Under the pieces are notes generated by a model. The model was given only the letters and a program-made list of their open reading frames with translations. It did no database searches and was not told where the DNA came from. Shown here one piece after another: positions 17,343 to 27,841 of a stretch of DNA of 64,000 nucleotides; the first letter of the stretch is position 1; the number at the start of each line of letters is the position of its first letter. A program made the position numbers and the translations under genes. Source of the DNA: Stellaceae bacterium (GTDB lineage: Bacteria; Pseudomonadota; Alphaproteobacteria; ATCC43930; CGMCC-115725). The DNA lies in the NCBI GenBank assembly GCA_035604035.1, contig DATNJF010000404.1, positions 10,853 to 74,852 on the forward strand, in the 5' to 3' direction.

Positions 17343-18197
17343 CTAGGCTGCCTGAGCGACCGGGATCGGCGCCTCGCCCTTGAGCATCAGGCGGTAGAGG
17401 TAGCGGCGCTCGTTCATGTCGTAATCCGGGTTGGCCTTGTGCAGGACGCTGCGGTTGTCCCAGATCACCATGTCGCCATAGCGCCACTGGTGGCGGTATT
17501 CGTATTTCTGTTGCGTCGCGTGGATCATCAGCTCGGTGACGAGGTCGAGCGCCTCGTCGTCGGGCATGCCGACGATCGATTCGATCCGTACCGGGTTCAT
17601 GAACAACGCCTTGCGGCCGTTCTCGGGATGGACGCGCACCAGCGGATGGATGCCGGGTGGCGGCAGCGCCTTCAGGCTCTCCTCGTTCAAGGGCTTCAGC
17701 GGGCGCGGGCTGTATTTGCTCAGATAGACGTGCACCGCCTTCAGCCCGTCGATCTTCCGCTTCATCGCCTCGGATAGCTCGTCATAGGCGAGGTGCATGT
17801 TGGCGTATTGCGTGTCGCCGCCTTTGCTCGGCAGCGCGACCGGGTAAAGGATCGTCGCCTTGGGCGGCGCCGGATGGTTCGAATGGTCGGTGTGGAAGGT
17901 CTCGCCCGGGATCATCCGCCGCGTGCCGAGAAATTCCTGATTGGTGACGTAGTACATCTCCGGGAAGCCCGGGATGTGGTGGTCCTTCTTGTCGTGCGGC
18001 TGGAGCTCACCGAACACCTGCACCGCCCGCATGAAATCACCCGGCTCATATTTCTGATCGCGGATCACCAGCACGTGGTGCTGGGCCCAGGCCCGGTTGA
18101 TGGCGGCCTTGGTTTCCGGGTCGATCGGCTTCGCGAGATCGAGGCCGGTGACCTCGGCGCCGGTATGCCGGGTCAACGGCGTGATCGTGTAGGCCAT
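17343..18197 (-). CDS. TauD/TfdA-family Fe(II)/2-oxoglutarate dioxygenase
   Basis: 284 aa. FHTDHS (HxD facial triad), GGDTQYANM, and the downstream His in VRVHPENGRKALF. Confidence 0.85.
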   Translation of the reverse strand: MAYTITPLTRHTGAEVTGLDLAKPIDPETKAAINRAWAQHHVLVIRDQKYEPGDFMRAVQVFGELQPHDKKDHHIPGFPEMYYVTNQEFLGTRRMIPGETFHTDHSNHPAPPKATILYPVALPSKGGDTQYANMHLAYDELSEAMKRKIDGLKAVHVYLSKYSPRPLKPLNEESLKALPPPGIHPLVRVHPENGRKALFMNPVRIESIVGMPDDEALDLVTELMIHATQQKYEYRHQWRYGDMVIWDNRSVLHKANPDYDMNERRYLYRLMLKGEAPIPVAQAA

Positions 18198-18301
18198 CGC
18201 GCATCCTCCTCCGGGAAGCCGGTTTCAAAAAAGCCTATGGCGTTTGCCCAAGGGCGTCAAACCGGGTAGAGACCGCGCCTTCTTTCTCAGCCGCCAGACC
18301 C

Positions 18302-19650
18302 ATGATCCCGACCGTCGTTGCCGAGATCCGTGCGACGCTTGCCCTCGCCGTGCCGTTGGCCGCCGCGAACCTGGCGCAAATCGCCATGGGCGTGGTCGAC
18401 ACGGTGATGGTCGGGTCGCTCGGCGCGGTGCCGCTCGCCGCGGTCGGCCTCGGTGGCGGCTTCTATTTTACCAGCGCAGTGATCTGCCAGGGCGTGCTCA
18501 ACGCGGTGGCGCCGCTGGCCGCGTTCTCGATCGGCTCGGGCGACCGCGACGCGGCGGGGCGTGTGGGCGGCAGCGGGTTGGTGCTTGCCGCCGTGCTGAC
18601 CGTGCCGGTGGTGGTGGCGCTGATGTTCGCCGACCGCCTCCTCGACCTGATCGGCTACGAGCCGGCGCTGGCGCGTGAGATCGGCCGATTTCTGCACGCG
18701 ATCGCCTGGGGCGCGCCGGCGTTTCTTGGCTTTGGCGTGCTGCGCAGTCTGTTGGCGGCGCTGGCGCGGGCGCGGGCGGTGATGGTGGTGCTGACGCTCT
18801 GCGTGCCGACCTTGATCGCGCTCAACTGGGTTCTGATCTTCGGTCATCTCGGCGCGCCGGCCTTGGGCCTCCTCGGCTGCGCCTATGCCTCGGCGATCAA
18901 TCAATGGCTGATGTTCTTGGGGCTCGCCCTATGGTTCTGGGCGCTGCGGCGGCGCGGCCGGGCGCCCCGGCTGCGCGGCAAGCCAGCCCAAATCACCCAC
19001 GATATCCGGCGCATCCTCGCGCTTGGCCTGCCGATCGGCGGGCTGGCGGGAATGGAAATCGGCGTCTTCATGACCTCGGCGGCTCTGATGGGCCTCTTCG
19101 GCGCCGCTGCGCTCGGCGCCCACCAGATCGCGATCAACTGCGCCAGCATCTCATTCATGGTGCCCTTGGGGATCGGCCAGGCAGCGACGGTGCGGATCGC
19201 CGCCGAGCGCGGCGCCAAGGCGCCCCATGCGGCCCGCCGTGCGGCCTTCGTCGCGTTGGCGCTGGGCATGGTCTTCATGGCGGGCTCGGCGATCGTGTTG
19301 TGGACGCTGCCGGCGCACATCGTCGGCGCCTACGTCTCGGTCGCGGACCCGGCCAATCGGCTCTTGTCGCCTTTGCGCTAAATTTCATCGCGATCGCCGC
19401 GGTTTTTCAGATCGTCGACGGCATGCAGGTTGTCGCTGCCGGCGCCTTGCGTGGTTTCGAGGACACCACGACACCGATGCTCTTCGCCGGGCTGGGTTAT
19501 TGGGGGATTGGTTTTGCCGGCGGCTGGGCGCTCGCCTTCCCGCTCGGGTTCGGCCCAATCGGCTTGTGGTGGGGCTTCGTCCTCGGCCTCGCCGCGGTCG
19601 CGGTGTTGCTTACCCTGCGTTTATACCGCCAAGCGCATCAGGAGATCTGA
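18302..19650 (+). pseudogene. MATE-family efflux transporter interrupted by a frameshift near 19352-19362 (or an assembly indel)
   Basis: The N-terminal 350 aa are in frame 2 (ends ...VSVADPANRLLSPLR*, stop at 19379-19381). The C-terminal continuation ALVAFALNFIAIAAVFQIVDGMQVVAAGALRGFEDT... is in frame 1 through 19650. Together they make about 449 aa, the normal MATE length. Confidence 0.65.
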
Positions 19651-22600
19651 GCCAGCTCCTGCGCTCGCACCGAATGCGCTGCGGCGACGTGGTCCTTGGC
19701 GAGGACGGTATAGACCGCGGGCAGCACGAACAGCGTGAACAGCGTCCCGATCGACATGCCGCAGACGACGACCATGCCGATCGAGAAGCGGCTCGATGCG
19801 CCGGCGCCGGTCGCCATGACCAGCGGTACCAGACCCACGACCATCGCCGCGGTCGTCATCAGGATCGGGCGCAAGCGGACGCGCGCGGCGCGCTCGATGG
19901 CGCGGCGCCGGTCGAGCCCCTCGTTGACCTGGAGCTGGTTGGCGAACTCGACCATCAGGATGCCGTGCTTGCTGATGAGGCCGATCAGGGTGACGAGACC
20001 GACCTGGGTATAGATGTTGATGGTCGTTCCCGGGATCTCGATCCCCATGAAATTGCCGTTGATCAGAAACAGCGGCAGCAGCGCGCCGAACATCGACATC
20101 GGCACGCTGATGAGGATGACAAACGGGTCGCGCAGGCTTTCGAACTGCGCCGCCAGCACCAGGAAGATGATGATCAGCGCGAAGACGAAGGTGACAACGA
20201 GCTGGTTGCCTTCCTGCACGAATTGACGCGAGTCGGAAAGATAGTCGTAGCCGAAGCTGCGCGGCAGGTCTTTCGCCTGCTTTTCGAGGAAATCGACTGC
20301 CTGGCCGATCGTCACACCGGGCATCGGCACCGCCGAAAAGGTCGCCGAATTCAATTGATTGTAGCGGGTCAGCGCATTGGGCGTGGTGGTCGTCGAAACC
20401 TTGACCAGGTTCGATAGCGGCACCGGCTGGCCGGCGGCGGAGTTGACGTAATAGTGGGTCAGGGTCTCCTGATTGAGCCGGTCGACGCGCGGCACTTGCG
20501 GGATCACCTCGTAGGAACGGCCCTCCAGGTTGAAGCGGTTGACATAATTCTCGCCGACGAGCAGCGCCAAGGTGTTGCCGATCGATTGCATCGTGACGCC
20601 AAGCTCGTTGGCTTTCGAGCGGTCGATATCGACGCGGATGGTCGGCTGGTTGAAGTTGAGATCGCTGTCGGTGACGATGAACATACCGCTCTTGCGCGCC
20701 GCGGCCTTGATCTTGTCCATCGCGTTGTAGAGCGAGACGAAATCGCCGGTCGAGTTGATCACCATCTGTACCGGCAAGCCGCCGATCGAGGCGGGCAGGG
20801 GAGGCAGCGAGAAGGCAAACGCGCTCATCCCCTCGACGCCATTCAGCTTCGCCTGAAGCAGCGGCTTGATCTTCTGCGCGGACCGGGTCCGCTCGTCCCA
20901 CGGTTTGAGGATGACGCCGGCGATGCCCTGGCTCGGCCCAAAGCGGCCGTTGACGACAAAGCGCAAATCGGCCTCGGGGAATGAGGTCATTGCCGCGTCG
21001 AGCCGTGCCCCATAGGCGTCCTGGTAATCGAGGTTGGAGTATTGCGGCGCCTTGGTCAGCGCGAAGAGCACCCCCTGATCCTCCTCGGGCGCCAGTTCCT
21101 TCTTGGTGTTCGTGTACATAAAGCCGAGCGCCAGTAGGATCGCGACGGCGAACATCGCCGTAACCGGGCGATAGTCGAGCGACCGTTCGAGCCGGCGGCC
21201 GTACCAATTGGCCAGGCCATTGAAGCCGCGGTCGAGCACGCGGGCGAAGCCGCGCTCAGCGGCTCCCCGCTTCAGCAGCAGCGAGCACATCATCGGTGAC
21301 AGCGTCACCGCGACGACGCCCGAGATGATGACGGCGCCGGCAAGGGTGAAGGCGAATTCGCGGAACAGGATGCCGGTCACGCCGCCGAGGAACCCGATCG
21401 GTGCGTACACCGCGGCCAAGGTCAGCGTCATCGAGATGACCGGGCCGGCGATCTCGCGCGCGCCGATCAGCGCCGCCTGCGGCGGGCTCTTCCCGGCCTC
21501 GATGTGGCGATAGATGTTCTCGACGACGACGATCGCGTCATCGACGACGAGGCCGATCGCCAGCACCATCGCCAACAGGGTCAACAGGTTAAGGCTGAAG
21601 CCTAAGGCGGACATGATAATCCCGGCGCCGATCATCGATAACGGGATCGTCACCACCGGGATCAGCACCGAGCGTACGTTGCCGAGAAACAGAAAAATCA
21701 CGACGACGACGATGACGACGGCCTGTCCCAGGCTCCATTTGACTTCGTTGATCGAGGCCTGGATGAACTTGGTCGAATCGTAGGCGACCTCCATCTTGAC
21801 CGAGGGCGGCAGGGTCCGCTCGATCTCGGGGAGCAGCTTGCGCACCCCGGCGACGAGCGATAGCGGGTTGCCGTCCGGTGTCGCCTGGACGGCGATGAAG
21901 ACGGCGTGCTGACCGTTCATCGCCACGCTCGAATTCCAACTCTGCGCGGCGAGCTCGACGTCGGCGATGTCCTCCATCCGCACCACCGCGCCGCCTACCG
22001 ATTTGACGACCATGCGCTTGAACTGGTTGACGTCGGTCAGCCCCGTCCGGGCGTCGACATTGGTGACGGTGAAGGCGCCTTTGGCCTGACCCGGCGCCGA
22101 TTGGAAGTTATTGGCCTCGATCGCGGTCGACACGTCATTGGCGGTGATATTGCGCGCCGCCATGCGCGCCGGGTCGAGCCACAGCCGCATCGCGAAGGTC
22201 TGCCCGCCGAGGATGTCGGCCGAGGCGACGCCGTCGACCGTCGCCATCAACGGTTGCACGACCCGCGTCAGGTAGTCGGAGATCGCCGCTGGTTGCAGGG
22301 AGGGGCTGGCGAACCCGATATACATGACCGCCGTTGTTTGGCCGGTCGCCTTGAGGATGATCGGGTCCTGCGCCGCCGTCGGCATCAGGTATTTGACTTG
22401 CTGGACCTTGGCCATGACATCGGTCATTGCCCGGTCGGGATCGTAGTTGAGCTTGATGTAAGCGGTGATTGTGCTGGTGCCTTGGACCGACGTGGAGGTT
22501 AGATAATCGATGCCCTCGGCGGTGGCGACCGCCTGCTCGATCGGCGTGGTGATGAAGCCTTCGATGAGGTCGGGTGAGGCGCCCGGATAGACCGTCGTTA

Positions 22601-22739
22601 CCGTGATCGTGGTGTTCGACAGTTTCGGATACTGCCGGATCTGCAGCCCGTACATCGCCCGCGCCCCGATCAGCAGGATCAGCAGACTGACGACCAGTGA
22701 CAGCACCGGCCGGCGGATAAAGAGATCGGTGAACCGCAT
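19638..22739 (-). CDS. RND efflux permease (HAE1/AcrB family)
   Basis: 1033 aa, 12-TM with two large periplasmic loops. N-terminus MRFTDLFIRRPVLSLVVSLLILLIG. Confidence 0.9.
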   Translation of the reverse strand: MRFTDLFIRRPVLSLVVSLLILLIGARAMYGLQIRQYPKLSNTTITVTTVYPGASPDLIEGFITTPIEQAVATAEGIDYLTSTSVQGTSTITAYIKLNYDPDRAMTDVMAKVQQVKYLMPTAAQDPIILKATGQTTAVMYIGFASPSLQPAAISDYLTRVVQPLMATVDGVASADILGGQTFAMRLWLDPARMAARNITANDVSTAIEANNFQSAPGQAKGAFTVTNVDARTGLTDVNQFKRMVVKSVGGAVVRMEDIADVELAAQSWNSSVAMNGQHAVFIAVQATPDGNPLSLVAGVRKLLPEIERTLPPSVKMEVAYDSTKFIQASINEVKWSLGQAVVIVVVVIFLFLGNVRSVLIPVVTIPLSMIGAGIIMSALGFSLNLLTLLAMVLAIGLVVDDAIVVVENIYRHIEAGKSPPQAALIGAREIAGPVISMTLTLAAVYAPIGFLGGVTGILFREFAFTLAGAVIISGVVAVTLSPMMCSLLLKRGAAERGFARVLDRGFNGLANWYGRRLERSLDYRPVTAMFAVAILLALGFMYTNTKKELAPEEDQGVLFALTKAPQYSNLDYQDAYGARLDAAMTSFPEADLRFVVNGRFGPSQGIAGVILKPWDERTRSAQKIKPLLQAKLNGVEGMSAFAFSLPPLPASIGGLPVQMVINSTGDFVSLYNAMDKIKAAARKSGMFIVTDSDLNFNQPTIRVDIDRSKANELGVTMQSIGNTLALLVGENYVNRFNLEGRSYEVIPQVPRVDRLNQETLTHYYVNSAAGQPVPLSNLVKVSTTTTPNALTRYNQLNSATFSAVPMPGVTIGQAVDFLEKQAKDLPRSFGYDYLSDSRQFVQEGNQLVVTFVFALIIIFLVLAAQFESLRDPFVILISVPMSMFGALLPLFLINGNFMGIEIPGTTINIYTQVGLVTLIGLISKHGILMVEFANQLQVNEGLDRRRAIERAARVRLRPILMTTAAMVVGLVPLVMATGAGASSRFSIGMVVVCGMSIGTLFTLFVLPAVYTVLAKDHVAAAHSVRAQELAQIS

Positions 22740-22752
22740 TGCGTCACCGCGC

Positions 22753-23961
22753 CTATTGCGGCGTCGGCTTTGCCGGAGCTTGCGGCGGCGGGTTCTCGGT
22801 GACCGCGACCTGCATTCCGTCCTGGATGATCTTGATCTGTCCAGCGGCGACGACCTGATCGCCAGGCTTAAGCCCGTCGAGGATCGCCACCTTGTTGTCC
22901 CAGCGCAGCCCGGTCTTGACCGGGGTCCGGAACGCCTTCAGCACCGGCTTGCCGTTGGCGTCGGTGCCGTCGGCGCGGATCACATAGACGCTGTCGCCGT
23001 AGAGCGTGTAGTCGACTGCCGTCTCAGGCAGCACGACCTGCTGAGCGTCGGCGGCCAGCACCACGGAGGCGTTGACGAACATCCCCGGCAGCAAGGCCTC
23101 GTCCGGGTTTGGCATCGTCGCCTGAACGGTGATCGTGCGGGTGCTAGCGGAGATTTGTGGCTCGATCGTGGTGATGGTCGCGGTGAATTTGCGGCCAGGG
23201 AACGCGTCGGCGGCGACGTCGACTTTCTGACCAACCGCGATCTGCGGCGCGAGTTGCGTCGGCAGCGTGAAGTTGACGTAAAGTATCGACAGATCGGTCA
23301 GCGTGACGATCGGCGCGCCGGGGTTCAGATACTGGCCGAGATCGACCTGGCGCACCCCGAGCCGACCGCCGAATGGCGCTTTGATCTGTTTCTGTGCGAT
23401 GATCGCCTGGGTCTTTCCGATTTGTGCCTTCGCCTGGTCGAGCTGGCTTTGCCATTGGTCCACGGTTTCCAGCGGGCCAAATTGGCGCTTCGCCAGCTCT
23501 TGTGCCCGCTGCAGCGACACCTGGGCCCAGCGCATTTGCGCCTGGTAGTTGGCGAGGTCGCCCTGATCGGGGGCGTCGTTGATCTGCACGATCTTGTCGC
23601 CGGCCTTGACCTTGGCGCCGGAGGCGAAATTGATCTCGGTGACCCGTCCGCCGACCTCGGGGGTGACGGTGACCTGGTGCACGGCCGCGAGCGAGCCGAT
23701 CCCGGCGCCAAAGTGCGGCACCTCTTCGCTGGTCGCGGTGACCGCGCTGATCTGCGCCGGCGGCGGTTTCATGGTAGCGAAGACGGTGGCAATCATGTGG
23801 CTGCGAAAGGCGTTGAAGCCGTAGAGGATGCCGAGCACCAGCGCGAGCAGCAGCCCGACGCCGATAAACCACCGCGCTCGCCCGGCGCGGCTAGGCGGCG
23901 GGGTCGCCCTCGTCATGGGGGAAAGCTCGGGCGCCGTAACCGGGGTGACTTCGCCGTCCAT
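22753..23961 (-). CDS. RND efflux periplasmic adaptor (membrane fusion protein)
   Basis: 402 aa with an N-terminal TM anchor plus lipoyl/hairpin/beta-barrel regions. Lies directly upstream of the RND gene. Confidence 0.85.
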   Translation of the reverse strand: MDGEVTPVTAPELSPMTRATPPPSRAGRARWFIGVGLLLALVLGILYGFNAFRSHMIATVFATMKPPPAQISAVTATSEEVPHFGAGIGSLAAVHQVTVTPEVGGRVTEINFASGAKVKAGDKIVQINDAPDQGDLANYQAQMRWAQVSLQRAQELAKRQFGPLETVDQWQSQLDQAKAQIGKTQAIIAQKQIKAPFGGRLGVRQVDLGQYLNPGAPIVTLTDLSILYVNFTLPTQLAPQIAVGQKVDVAADAFPGRKFTATITTIEPQISASTRTITVQATMPNPDEALLPGMFVNASVVLAADAQQVVLPETAVDYTLYGDSVYVIRADGTDANGKPVLKAFRTPVKTGLRWDNKVAILDGLKPGDQVVAAGQIKIIQDGMQVAVTENPPPQAPAKPTPQ

Positions 23962-23976
23962 GATCCGCTTCCGCTT

Positions 23977-24660
23977 CTAGTCAGCTGCCACTTGTAGAGG
24001 GGTCGTGGCATGCGAGGCGGCGATCGCCGCTTCGGTCATGCCGATGCCCCGCAGGATGAAGTCGGAGGCTTCCTCGACAAGCCGGTCGAGCGAGCCTTGG
24101 TAAGGGATGAACCCGTCTTGTGGTAGGAATGCGAAAGCCATCATCGCCGCGACATGATGGGCGAACCAGAACCGGTTGGCGCCGTTCGCCGGGAGCGGCG
24201 CAAGGTCGCCGGCTTCCTCTGCGGCCCTTAGTGAGGCGGTGAACAGCGGCACGACGCGCGGCGCCACCACGGCGAAGAGCTCGCGGGCATAGCCGCCGTC
24301 TTCGAGCACGCTATGCAGCATCAGCCGCATCCGCAGATCGAGCTCTCTCCGGTCGGCCTCCTCGCCGAGCACAAAGCGCCGCACCATGAAGTGCACGATG
24401 CACACCAGGGACTCGGTCGAAGCCGGCAGTATCGCCAGTTTTTCGAGCGCCGGGTCGCCCTCGCAGCCAAGTGTCAGGATCTCCCGGTAAAGCGACTGCT
24501 TGCTCGGGAAATGCCGGAACAGCAGGGCCTCGGAGACACCGGCCGCGGCGGCAAGCTCGCGCGTCGTCGTGCCGGCAAAGCCGTCGCGCGCGAAGAGCGG
24601 CACCGCCGCCTCGACGATCGCCTTGCGGCGCTCGTCGCTATCGAGTCGGCCCATGGCCAT
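23977..24660 (-). CDS. TetR/AcrR-family transcriptional regulator
   Basis: N-terminal HTH FARDGFAGTTTRELAAAAGVSEALLFRHFPSKQSLY. Co-directional with the MFP-RND genes. Confidence 0.85.
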   Translation of the reverse strand: MAMGRLDSDERRKAIVEAAVPLFARDGFAGTTTRELAAAAGVSEALLFRHFPSKQSLYREILTLGCEGDPALEKLAILPASTESLVCIVHFMVRRFVLGEEADRRELDLRMRLMLHSVLEDGGYARELFAVVAPRVVPLFTASLRAAEEAGDLAPLPANGANRFWFAHHVAAMMAFAFLPQDGFIPYQGSLDRLVEEASDFILRGIGMTEAAIAASHATTPLQVAAD

Positions 24661-24669
24661 CGCGGCTAA

Positions 24670-24717
24670 GTAAGCGCTTACTCACATGGCGTCAAGGCCG
24701 ATGTTGCAATGCAACAT
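24670..24717. promoter_or_regulatory. two palindromes upstream of the TetR-MFP-RND operon; candidate TetR operators
   Basis: gtaagcgcttac (24670-24681) is a perfect 12-bp palindrome. atgttgca-a-tgcaacat (24701-24717) has perfect 8-bp arms. Confidence 0.45.
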
Positions 24718-24802
24718 AACCGTTTGAGGCTTATGATTAAGGTCGCGTTACCAGTATGAACTTATGATCCGCATGTCCGCATAGATTGCTGCTCTTCTGG
24801 GA

Positions 24803-25474
24803 TTGGGTGTGTTGGTCGCGATCCGTTTTTTGCTCGTCGTCCTCGTCGTGTCGGCTTGCGTGATCTTTTTCGCTTATCCGCCGCTCTTGGAAGACAGCGA
24901 CGGTGAGTGCAGCGCTTTCGAACAACGGGTCGCCGACCTCGCCTCGCGCGACAGTTCCGGCCTGCTCACGGTCAGCCCGCTCTACGGGTCGACGTCGAGC
25001 CGGCCGAGCGGAGCGATCTTCGCGAAAGACCGCTACCCCTTGTTGCCCACCGCAATTGGCTGCACCGTCGCATTCTGGAAGACCCTGGTTGATCCGCGGG
25101 CTGCGACCCTCGCCGCGGTTACCGACCCCGCGTCGCAATCCGCCGAACCCAAACCCGCGAGCGTCGGGCTGGGCTCGATCATCGCTCGGGACATCACGCC
25201 CAACGGCGATCCGATCTCCCCGGCAACCGTGTTCACCCTACCGATGGAGTCCGTGGCCATCCGCGTCGTCTACCCTGGCGGCAAACCCGGCGGCGCCCGC
25301 TTCCAGGTGCTTCAGGGCAAAGCCGTTCTCTCGTCGTGCACCGCGGAGAGCAGCAGCCCCGGGATCGCCTGGTGCAAGTTTAATTTGAGCCTGCGCAAGG
25401 GCATTTATTCGATCTCGCTCACCGCCAACAATGTGCTGCTTGGCCAATTTCCGTTTACGGTGATCGGCCGCTAG
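24803..25474 (+). CDS. hypothetical membrane-anchored protein
   Basis: 223 aa, TTG start, N-terminal TM helix (LVAIRFLLVVLVVSACVIFFAY). GC3-rich coding signal. No family recognised. Confidence 0.45.
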   Translation: MGVLVAIRFLLVVLVVSACVIFFAYPPLLEDSDGECSAFEQRVADLASRDSSGLLTVSPLYGSTSSRPSGAIFAKDRYPLLPTAIGCTVAFWKTLVDPRAATLAAVTDPASQSAEPKPASVGLGSIIARDITPNGDPISPATVFTLPMESVAIRVVYPGGKPGGARFQVLQGKAVLSSCTAESSSPGIAWCKFNLSLRKGIYSISLTANNVLLGQFPFTVIGR

Positions 25475-25530
25475 CGCCGCCTCCGAAAGAGGCTTGACGG
25501 GGTGGACCCCGGCCCCTAACTCCGGTGGCG

Positions 25531-27213
25531 ATGCCCGCCTACCAGTACATCTATGTGATGAAAGGCCTCGGGAAGAGCTATCCCGGCGGCCGCGAGGTGC
25601 TGCGCGATATCTGGCTGTCGTTCCTGCCCGGCGCGAAGATCGGCGTCTTGGGCCTCAACGGCGCCGGCAAGTCGACCTTGCTGCGGATCATGGCTGGGAG
25701 CGAAAAGGACTTCTCCGGCGAGGCCTGGGCGGCGGATGGCGCGTCGGTCGGCTATCTGGCGCAGGAGCCGGTGCTCGACCCCAAGAAGGACGTGTTCGGC
25801 AATGTCAGCGAGGGTGTTGCCGAAACTAAGGCGCTCGTCGAACGCTTCGAGGCGGTGAGCGCCCGTTTCGCCGAGGAGTTGTCCGACGACGAGATGAACG
25901 ATCTCATCGCCGAGCAAGGCGAGCTGCAGGAAAAGATCGAGCACCTCGACGCGTGGGAGCTCGACCGCACCATCGAGATCGCGCTGGACGCACTGCGCTG
26001 TCCGCCCGGCGACACGCCGGTGACCAATTTGTCGGGCGGCGAGCGCCGCCGCGTGGCGCTGTGCCGGCTGCTGCTGCAGAAGCCCGATTTGCTGCTGCTC
26101 GACGAGCCGACCAACCATCTCGACGCCGAATCGGTCGCTTGGCTACAGCGCTTCCTCAAGGATTATCCCGGCACCGTGGTCACCGTTACCCATGACCGCT
26201 ATTTCCTCGACGAGGTCGCCGGCTGGATCCTCGAATTGGACCGCGGCCACGGCATCCCCTACGAGGGCAATTACTCGGGATGGCTCGAGCAGAAGCAGGC
26301 GCGGTTGGCGCAAGAAGGCCGCCAAGAAGAGGCGCGCCAGCGCTCCCTGGAGCGCGAGCTCGAATGGGTGCGGCAGAGCCCGCGCGCCCGCCAGGCGAAA
26401 AGCAAGGCGCGGCTATTGGCCTATGAGGAGCTGGTCGCGCAGAGCCGCGAGAAGGCGCCCGACAACGCCCAGATCGTCCTGCCGCCGGGACCGCGGCTGG
26501 GCGATCTCGTGGTCGAAGCGAAAGGGGTACGCAAGGGCTTCGGCAACCACCTTTTGATCGAGTCGCTGGACTTTCGACTGCCGCCCGGCGGCATCGTCGG
26601 GATCATCGGGCCCAACGGCGCCGGCAAGACCACCCTGTTCCGCATGATCACCGGCGCCGAAAAGCCCGATGCCGGCAGCTTCCGCATCGGCGACACGGTC
26701 AAGCTCGGCTATGTCGACCAATCGCGCGACACGCTCAAGGCCGACAACACGGTGTGGCAGGAGATTTCCGGCGGGCTGGAGGAGATCGACCTCGGCCGCC
26801 GCAAGCTCGCCAGCCGCGCTTATTGCGCGCTGTTCAATTTCCGTGGCGGCGATCAGCAGAAAAAGGTCGGCCAGCTATCGGGCGGCGAGCGCAACCGCGT
26901 CCACCTCGCCAAGATGCTCAAGGAAGGCGCCAACCTGCTGCTGCTCGACGAGCCGACCAACGACCTCGATGTCGATACGCTGCGCGCGCTCGAGGAAGGG
27001 CTTCTCGACTATCCCGGCTGCGCCGTCATCATCACCCATGACCGCTGGTTCTTGGACCGCGTCGCCACCCACATCCTCGCCTTCGAGGGCGACAGCCAGA
27101 CGGTCTGGTTCGAGGGCAATTACGCCGACTATGAAGCCGACCGTAAACGCCGGCTCGGCGCCGCGGCGGATCAGCCGCACCGCATCAAATACAAACCGCT
27201 AACGCGCAACTGA
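25531..27213 (+). CDS. ettA: energy-dependent translational throttle protein EttA (ABC-F ATPase)
   Basis: Two ABC cassettes ([20 protein letters not shown] and [20 protein letters not shown]). The N-terminus is collinear with E. coli EttA. ATG at 25531 preferred over GTG at 25525. Confidence 0.9.
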   Translation: MPAYQYIYVMKGLGKSYPGGREVLRDIWLSFLPGAKIGVLGLNGAGKSTLLRIMAGSEKDFSGEAWAADGASVGYLAQEPVLDPKKDVFGNVSEGVAETKALVERFEAVSARFAEELSDDEMNDLIAEQGELQEKIEHLDAWELDRTIEIALDALRCPPGDTPVTNLSGGERRRVALCRLLLQKPDLLLLDEPTNHLDAESVAWLQRFLKDYPGTVVTVTHDRYFLDEVAGWILELDRGHGIPYEGNYSGWLEQKQARLAQEGRQEEARQRSLERELEWVRQSPRARQAKSKARLLAYEELVAQSREKAPDNAQIVLPPGPRLGDLVVEAKGVRKGFGNHLLIESLDFRLPPGGIVGIIGPNGAGKTTLFRMITGAEKPDAGSFRIGDTVKLGYVDQSRDTLKADNTVWQEISGGLEEIDLGRRKLASRAYCALFNFRGGDQQKKVGQLSGGERNRVHLAKMLKEGANLLLLDEPTNDLDVDTLRALEEGLLDYPGCAVIITHDRWFLDRVATHILAFEGDSQTVWFEGNYADYEADRKRRLGAAADQPHRIKYKPLTRN

Positions 27214-27238
27214 GCCGGGCGATGAATGGCGAGGGCTG

Positions 27239-27832
27239 CTACCCGCTGACCTTCTGACGGATGCGGTCGAGCAGATACTGGACCTGGCCGCCGCCTTGCT
27301 GGATCACCGAGGCGAACTCGTCGCGCTGGGTGATCTTCATGCTGACGCCGGCGACATAGGCGTCGGTGATCTTCCAACCGCCACTATTGACCACGTGCCA
27401 CTCGACGTGGATTTTGCTCCCGTCGTTGCGGGTGATCTCGCTGAAGACGATCGTCTCGTCGCCCTGCTGCTGCGCGTTCAGCGCGTTGAACTTCTCGCCT
27501 CCGTATTGGGCAAGCCGTCCGGCATAGGCCTGCGCCAGATATTCCTGCAGCAGCCCGAGATATTCCTGCTGCTGCTGCGGCGTGGCGATGCGCCAATAGC
27601 GGCCGAGGGTGAACTGGGCGATGCCCGGCAGGTCGAAATCGGCGGCGAACAGCTGGCGGAAGCGCTGCACGCGCTGCGGCATCGCCACGGCAGGCCCAAG
27701 CACCTGAATTGCCTGGACGCCAAGTTGGTTGATAAACGCTACCGCGTCGGACTGTGCCATGCCGCGCGGCGCGGCAGTGGTTACTCCGACGGCGATGAGC
27801 AGCGAGCAGAAAGCAAACCAGCGACGGGTCAT
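27239..27832 (-). CDS. mlaC: MlaC/Ttg2D-family periplasmic phospholipid-binding protein
   Basis: 197 aa with a signal peptide. FDLPGIAQFTLGRYWR motif. Adjacent to mlaA. Confidence 0.8.
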   Translation of the reverse strand: MTRRWFAFCSLLIAVGVTTAAPRGMAQSDAVAFINQLGVQAIQVLGPAVAMPQRVQRFRQLFAADFDLPGIAQFTLGRYWRIATPQQQQEYLGLLQEYLAQAYAGRLAQYGGEKFNALNAQQQGDETIVFSEITRNDGSKIHVEWHVVNSGGWKITDAYVAGVSMKITQRDEFASVIQQGGGQVQYLLDRIRQKVSG

Positions 27833-27841
27833 TGCGGTAGA

